Source of the DNA: Lytechinus pictus
Taxonomy: Eukaryota
Reading direction: 5' to 3'
DNA length: 64,000 nucleotides
NCBI RefSeq assembly: GCF_037042905.1
Contig: NC_087262.1
Span: 25,420,001-25,484,000 of the forward strand
Below, one piece after another: positions 36,901 through 51,118 of this stretch. Made by a program: the position numbers and the translations under genes. The first letter of the stretch is position 1; every line of letters starts with the position of its first letter. The notes beneath the pieces are model-generated. The model did not search any database. It was not told the DNA's origin and saw only the letters and a list, made by a program, of their open reading frames with translations.

Positions 36901-39900
36901 GAAAGCAAAGATATAAGAGCAACAATAAAATGAAAGAGGGCAATAATTTTTTTTTTAGAGTTTAATTCAATACAAACCATTTTCTATGGTTTAGTTCTAT
37001 TAACCACCAGAGCTGGAAACCTTTTGGAAACTCAATTTGTATGCGAATTGCATCTCGGCCTGTTTGTTTCTCGCAAGTCATCGATTGCCTTGCGAGTTCG
37101 ACGTACGTGGTTTACTTGATTGGGCTGTAGATTAAACTGAAACATCGCCATCTACGATCATTTTGTGTAAGCTCACTATGGCATTCGCCTGGAGAAAAAT
37201 AATAACAGCACGGTGGAAATGAATTCGTTCAGAGACCAATCATTTGTGCCATTGTTCTCATCTACGTGATAGAGGCATTAACGTTCGTTCCACATACATA
37301 AGTTATAATGGATACGTATCTATATCTACATAAACCCACCATACAAAAGAAAACTACACTCCATTAAAACGTTTAACGTTGAAAATTGATCACAAGAGTG
37401 AAATTACTTGATGAAATCAGAAAAGACAATTGGAAAAGAATGAGTGGTTTAAAATAAGATACGATTTTTTTTTTCATTACATTTATTTTCAGAGAATGAA
37501 ACATTGATGATTGTATGGGTCTCTATTTCAATGTATTTTATCATGATGAAATTCAAATATTTTTGTTCAAAATGGCTGTATCATGAAATATCGAGAATAA
37601 ACAGAATCGTATAGTACCGCCGTTGTTTTCACCCTTAAATTAATAAGAAAGTGGGTAAAGGGGAAGAAGGAAAAGAAGTAGACAGTGTAAACGTGTAGTT
37701 CAAGAAAAACATATCACGTGTCACAGTGGTTACATCAATAATCAAGAATAATCATAAAATACTCTGTTCTTGTACATGTTGTATAATCATGTAGGAGCGC
37801 TAATAATGAATGAATCGTTTTGCATGCTGTAAACATCAGTGATTTAAAATTCTTTGTTTCATTAATATGTCTTAACATGCAGTCTAAACAAGAAGGTGAG
37901 TTCCTGTTACCCATCCCCTCCCCCACAGTCATGATCATCTGAAAAAAAAAAGATAATTCAAGAAGAAAATTGTTAGCTCTTTCGGCACTCATCTTTTCTC
38001 AAGCATGCCAAGGAGAAAGAGGTGGAGACGATGGGATTGAAGCTGGATTTTTCTTTAAAGAGCATTTTAATGACGTCCATCTTCAGTCTTACCGCTATAT
38101 TTTCCCTTCACTGCATGTACAATGGTAATTCAAGCGCGCCAAATGCCCAAGAGGAGTGCAATATTTCGTCCAATAACCTCCGGTGCTGTAAACTAGATAG
38201 CACGCTAGAACCAACTGAGTAGCTATCTAGAGGCACGGATTTCGTGTTTAAATACATCCGACAGGATTTGCAGTCATTATGGTACAAAATTGAAAGTAAA
38301 TACGTCCGCCATTAATTGGGGCTTACGCGCTGGCTTGAGCTATGCGTGAAAAGGTAAACCCGTACCTCCTAAATCGTCTGCGCGCTTCACGAACACTCAT
38401 ACTCCCGCTTCCGTGACCGTCTAGGGGGAATAGACACGACAGCGGGTATGTGATTGTCGAGTTCCGAGGGGACTTCTCCTCGAAAGGGATGCTCCTTCGT
38501 CTCTAAACGACTCCTTACTATCGCTTATTGATCGTGTGTTATGATACAAGGTGCAATAATGGAAGGATGATGTATCGCTGTTACTCGCTAGAATGATCAA
38601 GTAGCAACACTTGATGAAAGTCTTCTGGTCAATTACGTCGCCACTGATAATTGAGCTGTCAAAAACCTCTTTCCTCTCTTCTGCTATCCCCCTCATTCTC
38701 TTCGGACAATGTGCATTACAAACAATCTCATGTTTGATATAAATTTCCCCGGGTCTTGAGGCGCACGCCCCCAGATGCTTGCGGTATTTGCGTTTTAATG
38801 AGCTGAGAATACAAGAACGCGCCTCCGTGAAAATAACCCACTTCCATTATTTAGACAGGCGAAATGAGGGATTTGTATCACTTTCTGACATGATAAAGTG
38901 ATGAAATCTGAAATTATGAAGATTGATTTCTATCCTATAGAGCCATGTTTGTTTTTCATAGTCATGTTAGTCAGGCGTTCATAATAGGACAAGCAATTTC
39001 ACACGTTACCGTGTTCAACATTTTTCTCGCCACATTCACATTATATAAAGAGGGTTCCTTTGATGGACTAATGATATCATGAAGTCATATTCTACATAGC
39101 ATTACCCAAGCCAACATAAAATAAACTCTTTGACATGAAACTATATTGCTGAATAATGTGCACCCAGCTGATTTTTGGCAATTTTACTCGTATATGCCTA
39201 CAATAGAAGCAAGGTTTTATGAAAAATAAAAACTTATCTTATATTGCAGATTTTTTTCAAAGACCAACCTACCCCCTACCGAATTAATTGATTTATAACT
39301 GTGTTTTACCCTCTTAATGTCAGTCACGAATTGCAATCTACTTTTGTCCAATGTTGCACAATAAAAAATAAATATCATAATCATTCTTTTATGGACAAAA
39401 TAAATGAAACGAAAAAAAAACATAAAAAATTACATGAAATAAAACATCTCGCTACCTCAGATTTTAGTTTTATTTGATCAGTTGAAACAATAATAAACAA
39501 AAATTACTATAATATTTTTTTACAATTGTTTGCAAGCAATTAAAATGAATTCTATTCCATGAAAACGCCCATACAGTGGCCCATTGCCGATATGAATGAA
39601 AATTTCGTAAGAATTATATTAGATATTCAATAAAGTATCCCTATACACTGATTGAGAGCTCCACGGATAAATTCATAGCAATGGCATTTCATAAAATTGT
39701 GCTATAAACGCCAATATCAAATAAAATCGGATATTATGTAGTTACGGCGACGGAAATATTTCTTCCTTCCGTCATTGCATTATTCACAAATACCATATTT
39801 ATTCCTCACCTAACCCGCTAACCGTGATTGAATAAATTCTCTTCACCACCAACTATCGGCCAACTATAATATAGCCAGATACACTGCGTGCCAAACAATT

Positions 39901-40064
39901 GTGCCGTATATTATTATGTTTTGTTGCGTTATATTGGCAATAAAAGAAAATTGAATACCATATAGTGTAGAATAAAGCATTTTTTGAACAATGGTTGAAT
40001 ATAGCATGTTTTGAACAATGGTAGAATGCCGGCTTAAGTAGAGATCATGTTGAAGGTTCGGGGA

Positions 40065-40275
40065 AAATATGTCAGAGGTAAAAAGAATGGTAGGGGTAAA
40101 TTGATGGCAGAGGAAAAAATGGCAGAGGTAGAAATAGTAGAGGCTAAAATGGCGGAGGTCAAAATTTCGGAGGTTAGAATGGCAGAGGTAAAAAATTGCA
40201 TACGCAAAAATTACAGAGGCAAAAAAGGCTGAGGTAAAAATGGTAGAAGTAAAAATGGCAGAGGTAAGATTGGTA
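40065..40275 (+). repeat. 15-16-bp minisatellite (consensus AAAATGGCAGAGGTA, ~13 copies)
   Basis: Tandem degenerate units are directly visible. Confidence 0.85.
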
Positions 40276-43200
40276 AAAAGAAAGGATAAAGATATGTTGG
40301 TATTAAGATACCATCCAATCTAAATGTCATGGCAAAACCCCTGTATACTTATAACGGCTATAACTGCTAATTCCATATTTAAAAAAATGTAAATAGTTAA
40401 CAAAGGAAGGATAAAAGAAAGGAATTTCACAACTTTATAATGCCGGACTGACGGGAGCTTGTCATAATATATTTCTTTTTTATTAACGTTTTAATTTTGT
40501 TAACGGTTCTAATTTTGGTGATAATAAAGAATTAATGAGGAAGGGAATAACGCAGTTCATTATTATGCTATAAGCATTGTAAAAATAGTTTTGACGATTA
40601 GAATAATGCTAGATATAATCTAGATAAAATGATCAAACCCTGTAATGTAAACAAATATTCAACATATTGAAGTGGTTTCAACATTGGTAGATGATTTGCC
40701 ATATACAAGAAATGCGGAGCAGTTTTGAAAGTGTGGGAGGGAAGGGGGCAGAGGAAATCACAATCAGCATGATCAGATTGACATTTGTCATTAATTCATT
40801 ATATTTTGTCATATTATGTTATCTTATGTCTGTTCTATCGATTTGCTTTCATTTCACGTTTTATTATTTTTAGTTGAAACATAAATATATATCCTCTCCT
40901 TTGGTATTTTGCATTGTTTTATTTTTTCGATTGTTTGATTTATGTTTTTATCTTGATGATACTTTATTGTAATTCTACTTTATTGGGATTCAAGCTTGTA
41001 TATGTTTTTAAAACCTTTTTTGGTATCCCTTTTACATGTTTTACTTTGTATGTTTTACTTGCTGTCTAAATAAAGGCAAATACAAAGTATAAATACATTA
41101 ATTTTTAAATGTATTTATACACGTTTATTTAAAATAACTGGGGGTAGAGACCCCCTCCATCCCCTGAGGCACGGTTTATCTCTAATGACACATTCAAACA
41201 GGTAAAAACCGACTCCACACAGACTAAAGACTTATAATTTCTGAATGACATAATAATTGGAGTCGGATTCATTCGGCTGACTGCAACCGGCAAGTGTTGC
41301 CAAGACGTAAAGAATAGTAAGAGCGCCATCTGTGACCTTTGTTATTTCTTTCGTCGTCTTTGAATAAATTCACCGTCGGTGCTGACGTGAAAGAAAATAC
41401 ACTAAAGATGAGTGTATACCTCATTACACAAGAAAACATATTCCACAGACACCCTGAATAAATAAATGGATAATTAGATAATACAACGGATAAATAATTG
41501 GATTATAATTTCGAATTAATTGAAAAAAGGTCTCTAAAATAAAACAGATACAGGAAAGCATGTATAGCAATTTCTCTAAAGGATATTTTGGTAATCTCAA
41601 CATAAGCTCCGAGGTATTGGGCGGTTTTTTATATATATAATTCATTTAACTTGATCAGGTCTGTTAATTTAAGATGCTGAATCTATTCATTTCATATCGT
41701 GATCAAAGATAGGTCTTATAGTTCGGGCATTGATAAATCATTTAGCATTAAGTTAAAAGACGAGAAAGGGGGTTAACAGTATCTAACAGTGTTGAAGTAC
41801 CAGTATCAACTACGGTTCAGAAAGATCGACTATAATTATTTCAGTATTATTTAGTAAATATATCAAATTTCTACATTTTCGAATCGCTGGGTATTAAAAT
41901 GGACCAATGGTATTATCTTAAATGATAGACACCTCCTTGCTATTCTCAATGAAATACGATAGCCCATATTGTCACAACGGACACAATGCACACCACTCCC
42001 CTCCAATTATTCGGAGACTGCATAAACTAAAGTGGGTTTTTATCTCCTGTGATATGTTATTAGGTGAGGAGGTATAACATGGATAATCCTAATAAACCTG
42101 AATAACAATCTGCCTATACTAAGGTGGTGTCCTTAAATTAGGAAGACATAAGGAAAAAAACACCTTCAATGTATTATCTACGAAGAAAAAGAAAAGACAC
42201 ACATTTCAGATAATACGGATAATAACAAAATTATGGCGTTCACAAACACTCAACAAGACCTCCTTCTGATCTTCATAAAATCACCACCATTCTTCAACTA
42301 ATGACCCCATAACATCTGGACAATACCATGCCCTCTCATCTGTACTTGTTTTTTGTCATGTAAATGTCTAAACGGCATTTATCTGAGCTAAATATGCTTT
42401 TAAAGTTAATTTTATCTGATACTGAACAAACTACAGTGCACCTCTTCTTTCTAGTTAGGCATTTAACTAACAATAAAAACCTCTGAAATGAAAGGTATGG
42501 GGTCAACCTTTAGAGAAGACACCAGAAAATGCATTTCACGTAACATTGTAGGCCGCCTGATGTTACTAGTATTGAATGGGGTCACCAGATAGAACAACAA
42601 AAATCGAGATAAACTTTATTTTGCTCTACAAATATTTACATATAATTTTTTTTCCAGCAATCCTCTCCAAGATTATCATCTTGCAGTTGTGTATTGTTAC
42701 TTTACTGGTGTATAGCAAGATTGATAAAACAAAAATACACTTTTCTGCTCCAGAGAGTCCAGATCTTGGCATTTTATTCAACATTATCAATATTATCATA
42801 AAATGCATTTAGAATTGATAGATGTTGACAATGTTATGGCCATCATTATCTTTATTATAACAAATATTTGGTTATTTATCTTCATATAATTTTTCATCTT
42901 TCATAAGTTGTTTATCTTCTATTCAGTTTGTATCAGTTAATGTCTAACAGTAAGTAGCTTTTCTCATGTGATTACCATTTATAGCATCAAGATTTCTTTT
43001 TTTAAAGATCTTAAAGATGTGCCGGCGAATTATAGCCTTGTTTGCCAAGGCTTTGGATGGAAATATCATTGTCGTTTCCTTCATAACTCATCAATAATCA
43101 TAGATTAGATTTGACAAAATATGTAACTTACCATGAATAGCCATAAATAAATATTTAATAGTAAATCATGTGTTCATTATTGTGTCTTATACCCTTGTTG

Positions 43201-43399
43201 GTTTTTATTTCACTCTTCTTCTCTCATTATTGATGCCTGATTTTTTTTTTGGGGGGGTCGTATGATAAATTCGCAAAAAAGGGAATTTGAATAATTAAAT
43301 TATGTAAAACACAGACAAATAATATATATTTTTAAATTTCATACCTTGATTTACACATTTGATGTATATTGACTGCTGACCATATTGGGCATTTGAAAC

Positions 43400-44455
43400 A
43401 TTGAAAAAGAGTGGAAGATTGGCTCACTTTATGGTAGTTTTTAGGTTTAACAGTCTTCTCAGAGTAGTCCAATGAGTGGTCTATGGTTTTCGGCAGAAAA
43501 TGAGCACCTCTCCAGCGTTTCCTAATCTGTTTTTTTTTCTTTTGATCTGGGGACCCCGATCGTCGCTCACTTTTTCGCGGCAGCGGCTCGGCTTGCCCCC
43601 AAACCTATTACCCATGTCACCAAAATCATTCGTTGGGGTGCCTAACTCCGAATGGCATTGTGACGTCATTGATGAGTACTTTGGTTGAGCAGGTCTGAGC
43701 CTTGCTACCAATCGACGAAGAGGGTGAGACGGGTTTAGGCGGAGTGCGAAAGGCGACAGCGGATGACACGAGATTTTTTGTATAGTCCATGGCATGTCCA
43801 GTTAACAGGTTATTTTTTCCTCTCTCAAAGCTTGATCTCTTGCTGGTGCTGTTATTATCAGCTAAGCTATAAGCTTACATGCAAACAAGTGATTTGACTT
43901 TAGTTCGGTTATTCTTTCCTTCGCTCCGGGACAACATTGGAAGAGCTGAGAACCTCGAGATCAAGCTTATGTCGTCCTCAGTAATAGTCCACTTGTATAG
44001 ACTCGTTTGGTTATGACTGATTATTATTATTATTTTTTTAGTTTGTTCTATTCTACCCGGTAATTCGCCACCGCCGGTAGCTGCTTGCCTTCTAACCCGT
44101 TACTATCCCGTTTGATCCTTTGCGGTGATCCGCTGGTTGAGCTCCAGGATTGTCACCTCACCCTTCAACCCAAGCCGTCGTTCGTCAGTCAGTCGTATAC
44201 GGCGAAATAACGACGAAATCTTCCTCGAATCGTCAACTTTGTGCTGGCGGTTGGAATCCTATCTGACGGGATTTAGCCGACACACGCCGTTAGGCTCGGC
44301 TTCTAAATCCCTCCTCATTCACTCAACTCCGCGAACTTGAAAATCCCTCAACTCGCCAATATTCATCCGGTCTTCCCACCATCTTCGTGAGCCATCTACC
44401 TCGAGAAACTATTTTCTTGTTTTCTATAATTACGATTGAAAATTAATCAGCAGCG
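43400..44455 (+). promoter_or_regulatory. Putative Pitx proximal promoter and 5' UTR
   Basis: CpG-richer island just upstream of the ATG. CCAAT motifs (~43418 rev, ~43469, ~43708), TGACGTCA at 43661-43668, Inr-like TCAGTC at ~44184. No ATG between 44185 and 44455. Confidence 0.5.
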
Positions 44456-44639
44456 ATGAACCAGTTACACCATAGTCACGGGCCGTTGTCAACATTAGAA
44501 GATTTGGTGGCTAGCGAATCGGCACGCGTCTCGGCAGGTATCGGGAGTGTAGCGGGCCAGAGCCCTCTCGATGGTGCCCCTCAGTCACGCACCCACCACG
44601 TACATTCGCCCACCATAAACCACAATCAAGAAAAGTCGG
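44456..44639 (+). CDS. Pitx: Pitx homeobox gene, predicted first coding exon
   Basis: ATG (gcagcgATG) opens MNQLHHSHGPLSTLEDLVAS...NQEKS. Strong donor G|GTAAGT at 44640 in phase 1, matching the phase of the homeobox exon (G+GA = Gly). Confidence 0.78.
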
Positions 44640-47600
44640 GTAAGTTTGAACGTTTCATTTTATTTTTTAAAAATCCACTCCTTCAACAACTTCATCATTT
44701 TTTTCAGTTTACTATAACTAAAAATATTTTCATTGGTATGAATAATGATACGTATTACTATTAGTTTATCATTCATGGAACCCAGACTTTATATACAATC
44801 AGGGTGTTATTTGATCATGTGCATGTTGAGCTTGACAAATTCGTGCAATTATAACCTGTCAAAACATAGGATAAATTTCAAATATATATATAAAACCCGG
44901 GCATACGCGCTCCATGTATTGTGTTGTATATATATAAAGATGATATATTTCAAAAGATGGAAACTTCTAATCATCAAGTTCCCAAATATTCCTCTGAAAA
45001 CCGTCGTTTTATTTGAAGAAAAGTAGAGTTAGTTATAAGAGGGGGAAGTCGCTGCACCGAAGCAAGTTATCTCTATCTGATAATCCGGCGCTCGTTTATT
45101 TGTGTTACGTTGGGGACATAACGAGTTTATCGACTTTCGTCGAATGCATGTCACTTCACTTCCTATCTATCTGTCAATCGTACTATTTTATCCAAATCTT
45201 CCTTTGATTTTTGTTTAGTTTGTTGGGGTTTTTTTTATCGTGAAAAGGAAAATTCACGGGCAATGTGGCCAGGTGTCATAAGCCTTATGTCACTTTACAA
45301 TGTATACAGGTGTCAGTTATGGTTGTATCAAAAAGAATCTTGGTAGTTTTGCAACTTTACAAGGCACACATGTTAGATTGTGTCATGTGCTTCCTGATTA
45401 GTGTCAATCAAAGAAAATGACATTAGGGTTAAGCTATATACTCTCCCTCCTCCCCCCAAAAGAACTGATATTTATTGATTGATTATGTAGTAATTATTGT
45501 AAACTTGTTCGTTACTTTGTGGGCTTTTGACTTTGGAACTATATGTATATGCGTGTGTTGTGTTTTTCTTCACTAAATAAATTAATGAGAATAAAAGAAT
45601 AAGTAATAAATAATAATGATAATAATAATAATAATAATTTAATATTGTAAGTAAGATATCATTAAGTCTGTCCCATTGTTATATTTAATCATTGGTCCTA
45701 TATCTATAATTATATTTATTAATTTTTAATTTTGAGCACTGACAAAAAGGAATAAAAAAAATAATCTAGTATATTCTCCATTCATATAGAGTTTCAACCG
45801 GATGAAATGCTCAATTTGCTTGTAAAATTAAAACATTTTTTTTTACATTAATCAACGGAGTCTCTGTGTGGTTAGAATTCAAAGTGGGGGTGACGGTGTA
45901 AAAAAACTTCAATTTCAAGCATAAATGCAGCTGTTCTTAATCATGTTAATCGGTTAACTCCAATCCCTTTCGTGTGTAAAATTCCGCAAAACTTTCAATT
46001 CCCTCAGTTCATTTTAATGGTTTTGTCGTTTTGTAAAGGTTGCCGGACAACATAAGAAATAAAGATATTTATCATATATATATATTCTCGGTATTTAGTC
46101 CACATCAAGTTCACAAATTTTTCGACGGTTACAGCATGCCGTCTATTATAAACGTGTATCATAGAAAGAACATATGAATAAAGAGATACTATATAAAGAA
46201 TAGGGTTAACATTTGATAATACTAAAAATGTGACCCTTTTGTTAATTCTGGGGTAAAGAAGTATAAAGCTCAGCATGCAGTGGTCTCGCAGTTATTTTAG
46301 GATTTCTAAAAAGTTTGAATTGTAGTTTCTAATCAATACCCTGTTTATGACAAAACACTATACCGGTGCATTGGCTCGGCATAACGAGTAAACACACATA
46401 CATGAAGACATTAAAGTGAATGGATGGGGCAACTATTCAAAGAAAGTCCCCTTATTGATAAGGATTATAGTCCTAAATGCTTGAATGTGTCGCCAATTTG
46501 ATATAATTTTTTGAAGCTTTGCTAAGATTTTAAGTCAAGATAAATGAATATGAGTAAAAAAAAAAAAAGAACTAAAATGTAAATTATGTTATTTCAAATT
46601 TCAGCCTATGCTATGCCTACATGTAGGTATGTTGAGACATGACTTGTCTTGAATTGTGATATAATCATGTTAACGAACATCAGCAATACTATTGTATGTA
46701 TACATGGATATGAATTATACGGGTATCATTATTGATAGAACCTTTTAAATATCTAATGAAGTAAATCGATGGCTCACACCATCACACCTCATCATCCCGT
46801 GTATTGGCATTGGCAGAACAAACATGGCTTCGTCCAGACCCCTCATTACGTTATTCATGATCTAAGAGTAAGTGGGACATCGATAATCAATAAGTACGAT
46901 GTGAAGGGGGCAAGATACATATTATCGTTCCGCTTGATTGATCTGAAAGGACATGATAACTGACCAATCAGAGTCTAGAAGGGTCATTTCACACAAAAGT
47001 ACAACTCGTCGCCGGGAGTGTATCACAAATGTGATTTTTTAAATAAAGTTTTCTAATGAAATTAATATTTTGATTAGCTATTTTAGGACAGATGTTTTTT
47101 TCCTTACATGGTTGTAATTAAATCGGTGTTAGATTTTTGGGTTCGTTTATTATAACAGAAAGTTTTGATAGGAAATCATAAATCACATTTTAAGTGGAAA
47201 TTATTACCTTAGCCGATTGATTTCCATTCGCAACTTTAATAACCATTGTAACATATAATAATTATCATTATCATACGGTGTAAATGATGATGAAAGTAGT
47301 ATTGATGCTACTAATAATGTTGATTATGCAAACAATAATCATGATCATAATGATAATTATAGTAATAATTATTAATGGCACTTATAATGATAATGATAAT
47401 TTTCACAATGTTGATGATGATAATACTTATGATAATAATGGTGATAATGACAACCTAATAAATGATGATAATGGTGAGGGGATCAAAATGAGCTCGAAAA
47501 TATTTTTGCATAATTAATAGGCTTATACTGTCTTCTGCGATATATTACATTCACAAGTCGAATGGTTTGTTTTGAAAATGAATGATGTGATAAAACTGAA

Positions 47601-48766
47601 TTATATTTGTTAACTCATATCTTACACCACGTCAGTGGTTGAAATGAACTCTTAGCCTCTAACTAGGGATTTACATTTTCAAGGAAGTATGGATTCGGTG
47701 GATTTCTGCCCGGGCAACGCGAGGCCAGATTATTTAGGTCAAAATATTAAATAAAAATGAAATTTCCCTCTGTCTGCTTAAAAATAGGATCTCAATCTGT
47801 CCCTGTATAGCTCTCCATCCACCCCTTCTCTCTCTCCCTCTCTCACTCCCTTCTACCCCCCTCGCCTACACTCTCTTTCCCTTGCCTTCTCTCTAATTGT
47901 GTCTCTCATTTTCACTTAAAAATATATTTGTTCTCCCCCTTCCCTTCGATTCCACCATAATATCTGTCCTATATTATCTATAAAAATTATTGTGATCAAG
48001 CAAGATAAATTACATGCAGACAAAACCAAGAGCATCAGAATACCCCCCCCCCTCTACACATCTCTCTTTCTCTCCCTCTGTGTGTGTTTCTCTCCCTCTC
48101 TCATTCTCATTGTGTCTTCATTTTTCTTCTTCTTCTTCCCCTCTCTTTTTCGTTCACTCACTATTCCTTTCAAAATCCCTACTATAAAATTTGTTTCACT
48201 AATCCTCCAAACCCGGGTATTAATCACTTGGGTCCCATCATATAGCTCTCTTCATCATCCCTCATTGTCATTTATCTGGCACAATTTTATTAAATCAAAG
48301 AAAATGGAATATAAATCATTTTAACGAGATTCTACTGGTTGCAATAGCTGTACATTTTTGCAAAGTTCTAAATTAATACTCAAATCACAACAATTTTTGT
48401 TTCTTTTCTATGATATCAAGATCAAAGAAATAACATGACGACCATCGGCTAAACAAACAGGTCTGGATTGACCCCCCCCCCCCCCCTTCCTTTTTTGAAG
48501 AGTAAGGCCGCATTGGCGTTCGATATGTCATACCTTTGAAAGTGTGTCAGAATAAATAATTTGAGAAATTAAAGCTTGAATTTAAAATTTAAAATACATG
48601 AAGTTGAACTTACAATGTAATCATAATTTGGGTTATACAGTTTTTACGGGTTTTCTCAAACACTAATCAATGTCAGAAAATATATATTTTTCAGCTTTTA
48701 ATAATTAGGTTTCTGATCAATAACCTGTAAAACACACAATGTGTTTTTAAATCGAATGTTCCACTA

Positions 48767-48962
48767 CACTCTTAAAAATGTTGGGCAACATACTGTCCAC
48801 ACAACAATTGGTTAGAATTCTATCCAATTCTGGGTAGTTTTAAACCAATAATGTGTGCTTTGGGTGAAAACTACACAGTATTGGTTGAAAACTAACCAGA
48901 GTTGGATAATTTTTAAACCAAATAATTGTGTAGACAGTATGTTGCCCAACATTGTAAGAGTG
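48767..48962. mobile_element. Palindromic CACTC...GAGTG MITE (CACTA/EnSpm-like), TA-flanked
   Basis: TIR cactcttaaaaatgttgggcaacatactgtc / gacagtatgttgcccaacattgtaagagtg. Confidence 0.85.
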
Positions 48963-49771
48963 TATAGCCGTTGCCGCGCTAATAATCATGATCCGTCATA
49001 TCTCATATCTTATTATATTACTATTTTTTTAAATTTGGAATAAGCCGTTCATTATCTAGTCCAGTAGCCATTATAATTCAAAAGAAGAAAAAGATGTTGA
49101 TAGGTTTGGTGGGAGTGGGGACATTAATAACACAGTCTAAAGATTAAGAGATATCCAGTGACCGCGATATCTCGTAATACTTGTTGGATAAAGATAAAGA
49201 ATTCTCTGCTATTTATGTTTAAAATTGCAATTCCTATTAACGAAACGACGTTGTTCATTGGATACAAAATTCACGATCGCAAGTTTACGTTGGTTAACTT
49301 GTTTATGATATTTGCACAGTATGCAATATACAAATCTTATGTCATGTATAAGATGCAAGGAAGAGCTTTTAATATATATTCAATTTGGTATGAGTTCAAG
49401 AAAGAGATACTTTTTATGTAAAATGGCGATTTAAATCCAATGTTCATTTAATTCAAATGTTCAAAGAGCTTTAACCCTATAGAGAAATTTCATCTTTATC
49501 ACATTTTAGATTAAATTGTTGATGTCTATAACATGTTTATTTGTAACTTGTTTTGTAACTCTACACGCACTGAGCCTCGAAAGAAATTGTTAAAATGAGA
49601 AAGGAATATGAAGAATAAAGTACCTCTGAACGAGGAAAAGAAAAAAAAGTAATACTTGTTGGATAGACATCGTAATTGCTTGCAGAAACATCCATTACCA
49701 CTGATTATCGGACACTCGTACATCATGCAAAATTCAATTTTCATAGATATGTGGATGGATTGATGGACAGA

Positions 49772-49856
49772 TGTAATAGATAGATAAAAGATAGGTAGGC
49801 CTAGATAGAAAGATAGATAGAAAAATATTGATAGATAGATAGATAGATAGAGATCA
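49772..49856. repeat. (TAGA)n degenerate microsatellite
   Basis: Repeated atag/taga units. Confidence 0.8.
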
Positions 49857-50918
49857 ATAAAATATATAAAGTATATGAAGTACGAACAGTTATTGTCGTT
49901 CTTGTTTTGGATTTTTATAAAGAATGTATCAAATACATGGGATTTTTTTCGATAATTTTTTGTCACTAAATAAAATTTCACTCTAAAGAAGAAAGCAATC
50001 ACCATCATGTGATCAGTTCTAGAAAACTGACAGACCTATACCAACATTCGGTTACTGCTCAGTTTCTAAACTTATTACACCAATGCAAATATCTTGGCAT
50101 GAAAATGATATACCCTCATAGCCCGAAGCGCGTTGTAAATTGATACCTGTTAAAAATGAATGAGTGCCCCCCCCCCCTGCCCATCTAAATTCTAAATTAG
50201 CCTTGCACCACTCCTGATCACGTATAAACCTACATACTGGATACGGTTCAATATGACATTTGGAGAGATGTGTAATCTTAGATGATATGATTGTCAAGCA
50301 AAAGGAGAAAACGCCATTCTGTTTGCGTTTGAATAGCGCTGGGTTCGATTGTTGATTTGGGTGACAATGCAACAGCCCCGGTACCCCATTCAGCGAGGAG
50401 AGATATACCAACACGCCGAGGCAGACGGCCGATAATGGGTAACATGATGGTCTCTCCACGAGCAGCGTGCGAGCTGAAACCGAACACATCGGTCATTAGT
50501 GTGTACATAAAAAAGACACTCGACGCTCTCTCTCGCGACAAGTGGATATGGGCACTTGAGTGGATACTTGATCGACTTGAAAGAGTTTTTGAGATGATAT
50601 TAATGGTTTTGAAACAGCTTCCTCTAGAATGACAAGTGGGATCCCATTGACTTGATACATTGAGGAGTTGCCCCTCTGTTTGCATTGTTTCTGTAAATAA
50701 ATTCATATGCAATTATATTCGTATCTTACTCAGTAAAATAGCGGTCCTCATTTTTTATTTATTTAAATTGATCATGTTCTTTTTTTCGAAATGCGCCTGT
50801 ACTGCCCCTGGTAACATAGATAAGAGATATTATTTGTCCGTGCCTTCAAATTTTAAATTGAAAATACTTTTGATTGAAATTATTAGCAAGATCCCCCAAT
50901 CTAGCCCAAGAATACCTA

Positions 50919-51118
50919 CACTCTTAAAATATTAGGCAACATACTGTCCACACAACAATAAATTGGTTAAAAAAATATCAAATTCTGGGTAGTTTTCAAC
51001 CAATACTGTTTTTTTTTTCACCCAAAGCACACATTATTGGTTTAAAACTACCAAGAATTAAATAAGGTTTTAACCAATTATTATGTGGACAGTATGTTGC
51101 CCAACATTTTTAAGAGTG
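50919..51118. mobile_element. Second copy of the CACTC...GAGTG MITE, inverted relative to 48767-48962
   Basis: Same TIRs. The asymmetric core (aatgtgtgctttgggtgaaaa) appears reverse-complemented. Confidence 0.85.

Noticed and set aside
33706-36980. Long poly-Ser/His/Met/Phe ORFs and all X-containing ORFs (also 7367-7860, 62754-63761)
   Set aside because: They are products of microsatellites and N runs.
50357-50632. 91-aa ORF as an alternative Pitx exon
   Set aside because: No similarity to Pitx N-termini and no convincing phase-1 donor; better explained as a regulatory island.
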